A stretch of 63,962 nt of DNA, filler included, from Choristocarpus tenellus KU-1152 (Eukaryota > Protista > Phaeophyceae), in the NCBI GenBank assembly GCA_964200185.2. It is 11 parts of 11 records of this genome, joined end to end, with 100 filler letters (N's around TTAATTAATTAA, not from the genome) between each part and the next. Parts side by side here need not be neighbours in the genome. Positions count along the whole stretch, not along the records: positions 35,808 to 42,575 come from CAXNAD020007390.1; positions 42,676 to 50,131 come from CAXNAD020006127.1; positions 50,232 to 58,154 come from CAXNAD020005389.1; 8 more parts are not named here. The stretch is one strand, 5' to 3'. Shown one piece after another: positions 38,313 through 50,380 of this stretch. Made by a program: the position numbers and the translations under genes. The notes under the pieces are model-generated. The model was given only the letters and a program-made list of their open reading frames with translations. It was not told where the DNA came from and searched no databases. Each line of letters starts with the position of its first letter. The first letter of the stretch is position 1.

Positions 38313-39866
38313 GTAAGGCGAGACATTTGGTAGTGGCAGTGAAGTAGACTTGAGGATTGGGAATTCTGTCCTGAAGGTGAACCAGCAAAGAATTTCGCGA
38401 AACTCTTGGTGCAACATTGTGCCTCTCTTGGTCTTGATACTTTGTTGCTTGGAAGTAGTCAGCCTTCCTGACTCGTCATCTCTTGCTCGAAGTGACGACA
38501 ACACTGAATGTGTGTGAGATACCCTGGTTTTTCATCGTGATTGTCCCATTGGGTGTCCTTCAAAAAGGACATGTTGTGTGTTACGTGAATGCTGATCCTA
38601 GACACCACGGGATCGAGGTGGTCCCGAGGCCCTATTTGGGGAGAAGATACGTGCTCCATGCACTGGGAGATACGTATACTACTAATCTCTTTTGAAAATC
38701 TTCTTTGTAGCAACCCCCGTCTGTAATTGTTTGACTTTCTTATCCTGTAGCATACCTATCCTTGCCACGAAGTCAACGTTGAACTGCTCGCGTGAATCAT
38801 GCTCTCGTCCTTCCTGTCGATTGATCTTTTTCCTCTCTCCTATTACCACTTGTTAACGATTTCCAGTGCCTTTCTTGCTTCACGGTGTATCCATGTTGAT
38901 CTGTATCCTAACTTCGTCTACTCTCCAAACTTGAGATGCACGCCAACGTCAATGATCTTGTACACTGCGCAACCACAACGCTGCTCCACACTCAACTTTC
39001 CTCAGTCTCTTCTTCTATAATTCGAGACCTAAGTTAGTTCTAGGGACAAACCTATCGTCTGCTGTACCTCTTGTGAGTTATTTTGTATTAGGGTCAGTTA
39101 ATATTGCCGCAATGTCCTGCCTCATGTCCGAATCGTTTGCTTTCTCCATGTCACATCTTTTGCGATGTCACTCATGCCTATATATGGACGAAATCCCTCC
39201 CTACCCGATTCTCTAGTTTACAAGTGTATACATGTACTGCAAAGCACCTCACTATTAATTTTTGCAACAGTTTTTGAATCAAGAGGTTTATTTAGCGGTG
39301 TCCGTAGAGTGATAGTGCCGTTGAGCAACACCAGGGGAAGAAAACCTCTTCTCAAGAGAGTAAGAGGAGAAAGTAAACAGGATTCTTTAGATGGTGTGAG
39401 GCAAGGACTGCATCAAATATTATTGAACCTTGTGGACAACACCTTACTGTTTCACATTGCGATTCTCCAATCTCTTCAGTTTCAATCTGTTTCTGCAATG
39501 TTCGAATTTGGGATACTGCTGCCCTAAGGTTGGCACTTCACCTAGATATATATATATATAATATTAATAATATATAATATAATATTCACTACTGCCCATG
39601 TAAATCCCACGTATTGCTCCCTCTCTACGCTAGCATCTTTACCACAAGCCAAAGAGTGCCCGCCTCAGTCAATTCGTCCCACACACTGTCCCTGTTTCAA
39701 CAATTTATATGTGATTATGTATGTATTGATGTCATTGGCAGTTACAGTAATGATGTTTTTGCATTCCCGTCAATAGTTGGAGATAGATGTTGACAGAGGG
39801 TTAGCCCCGATCTCTTTTGTCATTTTCTCACTCTTAAGAGTACATACATAACTGGAAGTATTTGTT

Positions 39867-40053
39867 CCTGCCCTAACCCTTGATATCTTCCCAGGCACAC
39901 ATTGCACATGTTGGGACCCTGCCCTAACCCTTGGTATCTTCTCAGGCACACATTGCACGTGTTGAGACCCTGCCCTAACCCTTGATATCTTCTCAGGCAC
40001 ACATTGCACATGTTGAGACCCTGCTCTAACCCTCGATATCTTCTCAGGCACAC
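39867..40053. repeat. 51-bp minisatellite, about 3.7 copies
   Basis: Unit CCTGCCCTAACCCTTGATATCTTCTCAGGCACACATTGCACATGTTGAGAC; contains one CCCTAACCCT telomere-like word per unit. Confidence 0.92.
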
Positions 40054-40767
40054 ATGTTCTGTGTTTATGTGTTAGGAGTAGGCAAAGCAATACAATACTC
40101 TCTTGCTGTGAACCATTACTGGTCGCCCTAACCCTATCCACGATGTCATCTTACATACACACAATATGTGACGCACTGCATTACTTGTAAGGGTTCTTTC
40201 CCCAACCTTACCAATCCACTGTGTTGGGAGTGGTAAGGGGGCACATTATGCCAGGCTAATATTTTGGCATTAATGCTGCTATTTTTATTTTTCTTCACAG
40301 CAGTCTGGGGACTGTCCTAACCTTTAATCATAGGCACAAACAACACACTGCACAACTACTCCCCATTACTAATGTAACTGTTGCACTACAACTAATTGTA
40401 CTGTATTTCCTCCACTTGTACCTTACTTCTCATGTGTTGGGCTCAGCTATCACACCACTCATCACACCGCCTCCCCCTCTCATAACTTGGGTGCTGAACC
40501 CACCTCTGCATTGCTCCACGATGAAGCCTTCTCACCTCGGTCTTGGTCAGGCGTTTTTGTCATATAGTGGCAGTTAGGATATTAGTACGGGTGTATAGTC
40601 CGTAGTACTTGACGCGTGAAATTTGGATAATCAAGACCGGACTTTGATGGGGTTTGAACCTGCCAAATTGGTGCAGGGAACACCTCTACAAAATCGCTGA
40701 GTAACGAGGATTTTTAGCAGTGAAGGGCAAGCATGTAGGTCATACTGATATGGACTCAATGCCATCA

Positions 40768-40806
<39 letters not shown>

Positions 40807-42675
40807 AATGTCTTTCACATTTATGACAACTGTTACTTTTAGGGGTTATTCTCACATGTGAATAGTTTTCATTGGGTTTTTTCCCCTCACACATCTGCAA
40901 ATAATAATAATAATAATGCCAGCGGGCATAATAATATATATATATATATATATATTTTTATAAATATGGAATTATATTTCCTTTTTAAAACACAACATGA
41001 ATACACTGAAAAGTATAAAAATCAGAGCTTTTTTCATCAGTTAGGTGGTTTGCATGTCCAGGGTCTGGGCCGTGGCTGGCCCGGTGGCCCAGACATGTTG
41101 ATATTGTTGGCAGCATTGGGGAAAAAAAGAATATTTTTGACCAGACCGGAAAACACTTCCCCAAAAAATCCTAAAGTACGTGTGGGAGTATATACATACA
41201 TGTTAATGTATACCCACAGCCACTCTCAGCCTCACCTGTTGTAACAGAGTTGGTTGAGATTAGACCAGGCTGACTTCATACCTTTTTTTTTCCTTATTTT
41301 GTGTGTGCGTCCACCACAGGGTGCTACAGACCCTGGTTCAGAACTGTTATATTTGGATCAGTCTAGAGATAATGCCGACCTGTGGTCAGAGGCACAAAAC
41401 TGCACTATGCACTACTTTTTATTATTAACTACTCACTAACTGTTGCACTACAACCAATTGAACTGGCTCTATTCCCACTTTGCTTCTCGCCTGTTGGGGG
41501 TTTGCACTCCCTCCCACTGCTGATCGCTCTGTCCCCTCCCTTTGAACCTCCTGCCAGATCGGTCTCGATGTTTCCACCTATCTACCGATCTTGGTACGTT
41601 GATATTATGATATTGCCATGGAGAGCGCTTGCGATTGTGGAATTGGATAACTGAACCCAGAATTCCGTGAAAAAAAAAGCGATTCGGCTTCGATGGGGTT
41701 CGAACCCATGAAATTCATGCACAGAATACCTTCCTTCACCATGCGATGTCTGATAGCCATGTCAGAATCCCAATGAACGTGTCTGATCTCATCTCTTTTT
41801 TTGCTTTTTATTTTTAAGAAATTATTTTTCAGGGGTAGTATCCATGGTGTACTTGTTTATTTTTCTTACTAATATTACAACTATTTGATTACCCATGGTT
41901 TTTGTCTGACACTGATGGGTTCATTGTAACATTTACTGTTTATTGTGTTTTTACATTTGTTTTCAAGTGTTTTAATTGTTCTTTTTTAGCTTGTCCGCTT
42001 TGGGGGTATGGCCTTTTCACACAAAACATTCCAAAAATGTATATTTTTATCATAATGTTGACATACCCCACTTGTACCATCCTCTAAAGTGAGACTGGTC
42101 CCTCAGTAATACATTACACTATGTTGAAATGTGTTGATAGCAACTTGCTTGTTTGAAGTAGTCTCAAATATATAGAGATACAGATATATATATGATTCTT
42201 GTATACAATTCAGAATGCATCTTTGTGTAGTGGAGTACATTATTATCTTTTTCAAAGTAAACATTTTTATCGTTATTGGTAAAACATATTATTTGAATGG
42301 TGTATCATTTTCAAATATTTTTATTATGATACAATATTTTTCAGAACCCTTGTTTGTGTACTAGAGTACATGAATATTAATTACTATTTTTCAAAGTAAA
42401 CATCCTATCATCATTATTCACATACACTTTTAATTGAATCATACATGTATTATTATTATTCAAAATAACCCTCTTACTACTACATTTATCAATTGAATGT
42501 TCTTATTGATGGCCATCAACATGAATAGAAACATCTGGTAGATATTGTCAGTCTCCACCTGACACCCCTCCCCCCNNNNNNNNNNNNNNNNNNNNNNNNN
42601 NNNNNNNNNNNNNNNNNNNTTAATTAATTAANNNNNNNNNNNNNNNNNNNNNNNNNNNNNNNNNNNNNNNNNNNN

Positions 42676-42910
42676 CGTACTCTACCGTACTGTACCACAC
42701 CATACTGTATTGGAAGGTACCGTACCGTACTCTACCGTACTGTACCACATCATACCGTATTGGAAGGTACCGTACCGTACTCTACCGTACTGTACCACCT
42801 CATACCGTATTGGAAGGTACCGTACCGTACTCTACCGTACTGTACCACATCATACTGTGTCAGACGGCACCGTACCGTACTTTACCGTACTTTACTGTAC
42901 TGCACCGTAC
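42676..42910. repeat. 50-bp minisatellite built from 5-bp CGTAC-like subunits
   Basis: CGTAC TCTAC CGTAC TGTAC CACAC CATAC TGTAT TGGAA GGTAC CGTAC repeated about 3.5 times, then degenerating. Confidence 0.9.
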
Positions 42911-43189
42911 TTTGGTACAGGGAAAAGAGGTCCTATTTTATATATATAAGGATACTTGAAATTACTACTATATAAAAAGTACATACCTCCAAGTTGTGAA
43001 CACCATGAGGCATAATATACAGTCACACAACTAAATCACAATCAAAATCAAAATCAAAAACGAAAGGGAAACTCTTGATACGCCACTTCCTCGTGCGTAT
43101 GCGTGCTGTGTGTTGCGCTCGCAAGGCCCCAGAGTAGTGCCCAGAGCTTTGAATGATTCGCACACAATTTGATTCTAATCAACCACATG

Positions 43190-43660
43190 GAACTTTATGT
43201 AATTTATACTATTTAATTTATACTATTTCATGGATACTATTTAATGGATACTGAGGATACCCTTTAATTTATACCATTTCATGTATACTATTTAATGCAT
43301 ACTGAGGATACTCTTTAATTTAAACCATTTTATGTATACCCTTTAATGTATACTGAGGATACTCATTAATGCATACTATTTAATGTATACTCTTTAATTT
43401 GTACCATTTAATGTGTACCCTTTAATGTATACTGGGGATACTCATTAATGTATACTCCTTAATGTATACTACTTAATGCATACTCCTTAATTTACACTAT
43501 ATTTAATGTATACTGAGGATACTCCTTAATATATACTATTTAACGTACACTATTTAATACATACTGAGGATACTCCATAATGTATACCCTTCAATGTATA
43601 CTGAGGACACTCATTAATATATACTATATAATGCATACGATTTAATGTATAGACTACTCA
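43190..43660. repeat. Degenerate AT-rich minisatellite (TTTAATGTATACT with interspersed GAGGATACT)
   Basis: About 15-bp units recur throughout, with ACTGAGGATAC recurring several times. Confidence 0.85.
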
Positions 43661-43802
43661 ATATACACAAAATATCATCCTACACTTAAAACAGTACAGT
43701 TTAAAACACTGGGACAAACACTTCAACTGCCAACAAAAAAAATACTTACATCTAGCGAAAAAAATATATACAGTGCTTGAAAGAAAAGAAAAAAAAACTC
43801 AC

Positions 43803-43930
43803 CCTGAACTTTCGCTTTGACCATTCCAAACTGTCAACCGCCTCTGAAAGGATAACCCTCCCGCCATTGGCAGCCTTGTATCTGGTCAGCTTCGAGGTAT
43901 CATTCCGAGAAATTATCTTGATCGTATCCT

Positions 43931-43961
<31 letters not shown>

Positions 43962-46705
43962 AAGATTTTTTTTTAATCACACACGACAGAGTAAAAAACA
44001 AAAATCACACATACAAATACAAATACAAATACAAATACAAAAATAGGCTCAAAACCCGTTTTATCTGGAAGAAAAAAAAATGAGTTTAAAGTTTCTATTG
44101 GTACAATCCGTTTCAATCATTAAAAAATAGTTTTTTGAAAAGACACCGATTCGAAAGTACTTCAGTCCCATGTTCTAGATTTTTTTTTTTCCTGGAAATG
44201 TGGACATATCTTTACTTAGTACGGATACTATGCTTTGCACTGTATCTATTTTTTTCTTTTTTTGATAGCAGGTTGTACTGCGATGGAGTTGAGGCTAGGG
44301 TTGGCGTTCAGCACAACTAATCACATTGAACGTACGAACACTTCATGCCTACGAAGTGATACAAAACTAGCCACATTGTACAGGACAAATAATGACTTTG
44401 GAGGACATAGCATAATACATATGCACATACATACATACTCTGGAGTACATACACACACATACACACACATCACAGGCAGAGCACGACACAGACGGAGTGA
44501 GAATAAGAGCAAACAATCAACCAATCCCTGTTGACCTCTCCAAGTAGAAACACCCCCCCCATCCATCCCCCGCCTATCTCACCGCAAAGAGAAGGCAGAC
44601 ATTCTTCTCAAGGTCGACATTCTTGAGCTCATCCACATCAACGTCCTCTAGATCCTCCAAATCACCGGGGTCCAAGCACATCGGGCCTTCCGCCAAGTAC
44701 TGACAAAAGCCATAGTCCTCATGAACCATGAAGTCCTTGTTGTACACAAAGCGTTCCCTTTTGAATGCTCCCACCTTCAAGCCTTGTTGCTACCGATGCA
44801 TGCATGTGTGCACGTACGTAGAGGTGGACGTAAGAGATGAATGAGAGACACGTATGCGGCAAGACGGGTTGGGTTGGGTTGGGGGTAAGGACTAGAGGTT
44901 GGGTTAGGGTAGTTTAGGGTTAGGGATTTGTGGTCGGATTGAGGCTGGGTTAAGAGGTATGGGGTTAGGGTTGGGGTTAGGGTTTGGGTTAGGGTTAGGG
45001 GGTGGGGATGTTGTTTGGAAGGGCTTGAACTCGGACTAGGCTTGGGGTTAGGGTTAGGGTTGGGGTTAGGGAAAGTGGTTAGGGTGTGGGGATCCAGTTA
45101 GGGAAAGGGCTGGCACTTGGACTAGCATTGAATAGGGTTAGGGTTGGGGTTAGAGTTCAGATCAAGGTTAGGGTTAGGGATTGGGTTTAGAGGGGTTGTG
45201 TTAGGGTTGTGTTGGGGTTGGATTGAGGTTAGGGTAAGTCAAGGTTTGTATCAGGCTGGTTGAAGGGCTTTCGTTGGGTGATCAGGGTAAGGGTTAGGAT
45301 TAGGGTTAGGATTAGGGTTAGGGTTGCGGTTTGAATCGAGCCAGTACTGTGAAGCAGTGGAGTGCAGGAGACAACAGGGCAAGATCACACTGGACTCCGT
45401 TACTATTCCCCCTCACACTCCTGACAAGCATCCCTCTATTCTCATCCAAAACCTCAATTCTCTTCTGGGAGCTAAGACATGGAATTGATAGCACAAAGTC
45501 ATGAAAAGTGACAAAACTAAACAAAGATACACTAAACACACTGAACAGCACATTACGGTTGAACAGGGAAAGTTCTTAAAAATAAAAAATAAAAAAATAT
45601 GAAAATATAAAAAAAAAGTCAATTTTTTTTTTTTTTCTTATCAGAAGGTCACTCGAGACCGCCAAGGTATAAAATAGAGAGGCGGCGGAGTGGGTAAAAC
45701 GGTTCAGTCATTGTGAGAGAATCCCACCACCACCATGGTACCATAGGTTCAGCCTGTACCATCAAGTACAGACCCTTCACAGTGGAGACCCGTCCAGCAC
45801 CCCCGCATAACTGCACTGTGTGCTACTTCTGAGAGAAGACTTAATACTGATTTGGATTATCAGCGTGCATCAAGGACAGACAGGTTTGGGATAATACATC
45901 AACCTTGGCAATGTGATTCACGCACTGTACTTTGCAGTACTCTACTGTACTTTGCAGGACTTAACTGCACTTTGAGGGACTTTACTGTACTTTGCAGTAC
46001 TCTACTGTACTTTGCAGGACTTAACTGTACTTTGAGGGACTTTACTGTACTTTGCAGTACTCTACTGTACTTTTGCAGGACTTAACTGTACTTTGAGGGA
46101 CTTTACTGTACTTCTCAGTACTCTACTGTACTGTTTTTACTGTACTTTCCAGGATCTTACTGTACTTTGAGGGACTTTACTGTACTTTCTGGGACTCTAC
46201 TGTACTTCGCAGTACTTCTCTGTATTTTGCAGACGGTAGGACTATCACTATGATAGAGGTGGTACTCCTGCCAAAACAACCTGTCGACCCCACCATTCAC
46301 ATAATAAATTAATTTTCTTTTTATTAACAAAAATCAGCGGCACGGTACAAACTGAAGCACTTCTTTTCTTTTAATTCCCAGGTGGAGATAAACTGGAGAG
46401 AAAAAAAAAAATGTATCTGTTGGTGTTCGCCCCCACGAAAAAATGTATTAAAAACAAACAAAATACTTTCTATTCTAACTAATCGACCTCGCCGGTAAAA
46501 AGCAGAAAAAAAAAATAGTTTGAACGCAAAGGCGTTTTATCTTTGCAATCTTCAAAAGGTAGTACAATGATCTGACAACAATGAGATGTAAAAAAATATA
46601 TGTTAAAAAAAAATGCAAAAAAAATGCAAAAAAAAAAATGTAAGACATGATCCAGTTGCGCGCATTCCAGGTTTGGGGGGGATTGTGTTCTTTCTCTAAC
46701 AATCG

Positions 46706-46737
<32 letters not shown>

Positions 46738-49152
46738 GGTTCTCTCTCTCTCTCTCTTTCTCGCATCACATCCATTACAAAGGATATCTCAGACCCTCGA
46801 GGGTCGGGGTTAAGGTAGGGTTAGGGTACTAAGCAACCTACTATAGACAGAAGGTCACGTGCAGTCAACGGGCGAAGCAGCAAGAAAGCAGATCAGATTT
46901 ATTTTTATTTTTTTGACAAGTCATCAAAAAATATTTTCGAACAGTCCCGCAACAAGTAACAAACAGCGCCATTACTCACTACAAAACGCTACTGCGATTG
47001 GAGGAACTACTTTATCACAAACAAATCGCAGGGTTAGGGTTAGGGTTAGGGTTAGGGTTATGTACTATTTCCTAAATGTTGGGGCAGGAGGAAAACACAC
47101 ACACACACACACACACACATTCAAAATGCTGTAAACAGGGAAGAGAGAGGATGAAAGTTCAGCGGGCGGCCATCTACTTTGCCTGCTCCAGACAGCCTTC
47201 TAGGTAGAGGTAGTATATGGGTGAATTGCACATCCGAGCGAGAGAGATTTGATAACACCTGGGGCTTGATGGGCATTATGTGATGAGGTGACAAAAAGGT
47301 CCTTGGCATGGTGTCTCAATACTGATACTATAAATGCTACTACCATCCAAAAAAGAAAAAAAAGAAAAAAGAGGTAAAAAAATGAGAAAGAAAGGATCAC
47401 TATAAAAAAAATAACACAACAACAAGCAAACAAGAAAGGAGATAAAACTCATGCAACGACAGCAGAGAGCATTGATTTCAGAAGCAGTTCCTCATCAGAG
47501 CATTTACATATATATATACATTTGTATGTGTCATGTATGTATAACTTGAACATAATGCTTTACAATCAACAATCACTGCAAAGCATGTGTCCCAGTCAAT
47601 ACTACGATACTACAGTGGTTTTGTTTAGGGTTAGGGTTAGTGTGCATGTATGTGGGAGGGAGAGAGAGAGAGAGAGAGAGAGCAAGTGCTCGTTTTTGGT
47701 ATCCATTAGTGTCTTGTGCTCCATCATTGTGCTTGTGTGGGTGTTTCTGGGCTACTGTTTAATATGCACTACATAGTATGCATTATGTGCATCTAATGTT
47801 TCATACATACTATATGCTAATATGGGGCCTACTAGAGCGATGGAGGAAGGCAATCAATGTGTTTAATGTCCATAGTGACCAGGTTCATCACACATGTAAC
47901 TAGTGAGTGCAGATTACAGTATTGCTTGCAATAGGGGAACAGCACGAACATCGACATGTTTGGGTCACACAACGCTACCTCTTTGGCTTCTACCGTGCCC
48001 TCTCCACTGGTACTAGCCTAACCCCAACCCTACAGCGCCCTCGACCAAACTCTCAGAAGGCTTTTCAGCATCTGTGCAAATTAGGTCTGTCCTTTTCAAT
48101 AGAAAAGAAACTAACGAAAAAATATGTGCAATTTCAAAGGTATTCGTCCTTATATCCTATGGGCTCGTGAGTAAGCGGAAGGTGGTGGAGGTGGACTCAC
48201 GAATTACTTCTCTTTACTCTTTAACACCAATCGGGCAACTTCAACATCCTCGGTTTTTCATTTTTTCAGCCTGGACAGTAACTTACTCTGACACCTTGTT
48301 CTACCTCTATTCTTGAGAGCATTTAGGAATCCATGGGTAATCGTGAACATGTCGCTTGTACATGCTCGGCGAAACTCCCTCGAAACTATGGAGTGTGTGA
48401 GCAAATCTTACGGTATCTACTGTATCTGAGATCGTTTATATCAACGGGACAAACTGAACAAGTGCAATGTCATTTGGTGCTATATCTAGGCCAAAGCAAC
48501 CATTACAAGGGACTGGCTGAAGATCTCGACAAACCTCAACAATCTTGGTCCGTTCATCCTGGGCACGCTCCTCCTCCTCCAGAGAATCAACCGAGGTCGA
48601 CTCCAAGTCATCTCTGTTTTGTCTCTCTTGTACCTCCGACGAGAGAGCAGGAGCCTCCACCTCTTCCCAATCCCCTTTCTCCTCCTCAACTCCCTCCTGC
48701 TTCTCCTCTGCCTTCGAATTATCCAACGTGTCACTTGTGCCAGCGACACCATTTATTGGCATTTGCACCTCCTCTACCAGATTGTTCGAGACAGGTAGTT
48801 CGACTTTTCGCGGCCTTCCTCTCCTTCTCTTGACCGGCGCATCTTCTGTTGCCACATATGAGTCATCACCCACGCCTGCTTTGGTCACGTACAAGCCTCC
48901 AAATCGCTTCACCTCGTGGGTAACACTCCATGCGGGGTGTACTGTCGAGGTGGGAGTAACTATCTTCTGATAACTCCTGCATCGTCTCCCATGCACGGCA
49001 GAAGGCGCGCGGCACACGAACGCCTGACTCAGTGAAAGGATCCCCAGGAACCTGAAGGAAGCGAGCACACTGCTACACCTTACGCTAATTCCACCCCACC
49101 GACGCTGGCATGACCGTTGAGGTTTCGAGAGGAGACGGGGATCCCTTTTCAT
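43803..49152 (-). CDS. Plastid-targeted protein with AT-hook, acidic region and CarD/TRCF (Mfd RNAP-interaction) domain, 5' part
   Basis: Exon 49152-48535 (hydrophobic leader ending LSLSQA|FV, then KRRRGRPRK and a Glu-rich tract), exon 44789-44583 (...KDFMVHEDYGFCQY...VCLLFA) and exon 43928-43803 (DTIKIISRNDTSKLTRYK...LSEAVDSLEWSKRKFR), all phase 0. Exons 2-3 match the GD.VVH..HG.G.Y ... L.YAD.......L.RY....L..L...W..RK pattern. Linking exon 1 to exon 2 is inferred. Confidence 0.72.
44866..45325 (+). repeat. Degenerate interstitial telomeric (TTAGGG/TTGGGG)n tract
   Basis: About 460 bp with many GGGTTA and variant hexamers, inside a predicted intron. Confidence 0.9.
45924..46230. repeat. 60-bp minisatellite of three 20-bp ACTGTACTTT subunits
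   Basis: ACTGTACTTTGCAGTACTCT ACTGTACTTTGCAGGACTTA ACTGTACTTTGAGGGACTTT repeated about 3 times, then diverging. Confidence 0.9.
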
Positions 49153-50305
49153 CCCTCCCAGGGATAATGTTGGTGTACACAACCGTCCTACAAGGTCACG
49201 CTAGCTGATCAACGACTTCAGTAGTTCCCAGTGACAGAGGTTGCTTCGTGCTGACGACCTGGGTGTGGGGTGAGTGAGAGTTGCACTTGAATTTGCACCT
49301 CCGGGGGAGGTGTCAACGCTTGAAGCATTATAAACATGTATTATATATTTATATATTATGTATTTAGTTTCAGTAAAATATTTTATTTTTTTAGGGTTGA
49401 ACCTCAAACTCAAACACCAACCGCATCGCTATGTCACCATCCCGTCATTCATGGTTCTGTTATACCCTCCTCCTATTTGATGCCGAATCTTCTGTTGTAG
49501 GTTGATTATTTGTTGGTTCAACATTCATCGTGTGGACCTGGCTGAGGACCACATGTGGGGGCCTAAAGGCTTCATACTTCATCCGACCGGTCTCATTATT
49601 TTGAGTGGTGTGTTGTCTTTTTTACCGTCCAGAGTAGGTTCTTGGAGGATCACCCTTCAGTTCTAAGGTTGTCAAAGGGAAGGTCCTCCTTGAGAGATGG
49701 CCTCGCAGGATGAGTCGCTGACCCTACATCTTTGGGTATTGATCGATATACATTTTTTGGAGACGGGTTAACCACACAAGTGCTTCACTTAAAACATCTT
49801 TGGTCATAAATGATGCCACTGTTTTATTCTCGAACTCAACAAGGGTACTTGTAGATTGACTAGAGACGATGGGAAACGACATGCAAGCAACCACAAGCGA
49901 TTAGAGTATATATTGCATAGAAAGAATGAATAAGGATTATGTATTGGGTAGTGTCATTTTTAAATACTCACAACACAATGTTATTCTAGGGAGGGGTGGA
50001 ACACTTTGCAGACTTTCTAAAATAAATGTCATCTTAGCACTTTTTTGGTGGCAAGTCTAGACCTATGGGTGATTATATTTTTATTATTATGCCCTCTGAC
50101 ATTTTGCAGATGTGTCAGGGGGAAACCAGTGNNNNNNNNNNNNNNNNNNNNNNNNNNNNNNNNNNNNNNNNNNNNTTAATTAATTAANNNNNNNNNNNNN
50201 NNNNNNNNNNNNNNNNNNNNNNNNNNNNNNNCAAAACACCCAAAAAAAAACCACCACAAAAGAAGGCACCTCCCCCCCCCCCCCACCAACAACACCCACA
50301 ACAAC

Positions 50306-50336
<31 letters not shown>

Positions 50337-50380
50337 ACTCCCAACAGTTTCCGTTCCATGTCCAACCACAGGCATCTCAC

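Noticed and set aside
39867-40053. CRISPR-like regular repeats (also 28072-28188 and 45924-46230)
   Set aside because: Head-to-tail units without unique spacers, eukaryotic context, no cas genes.
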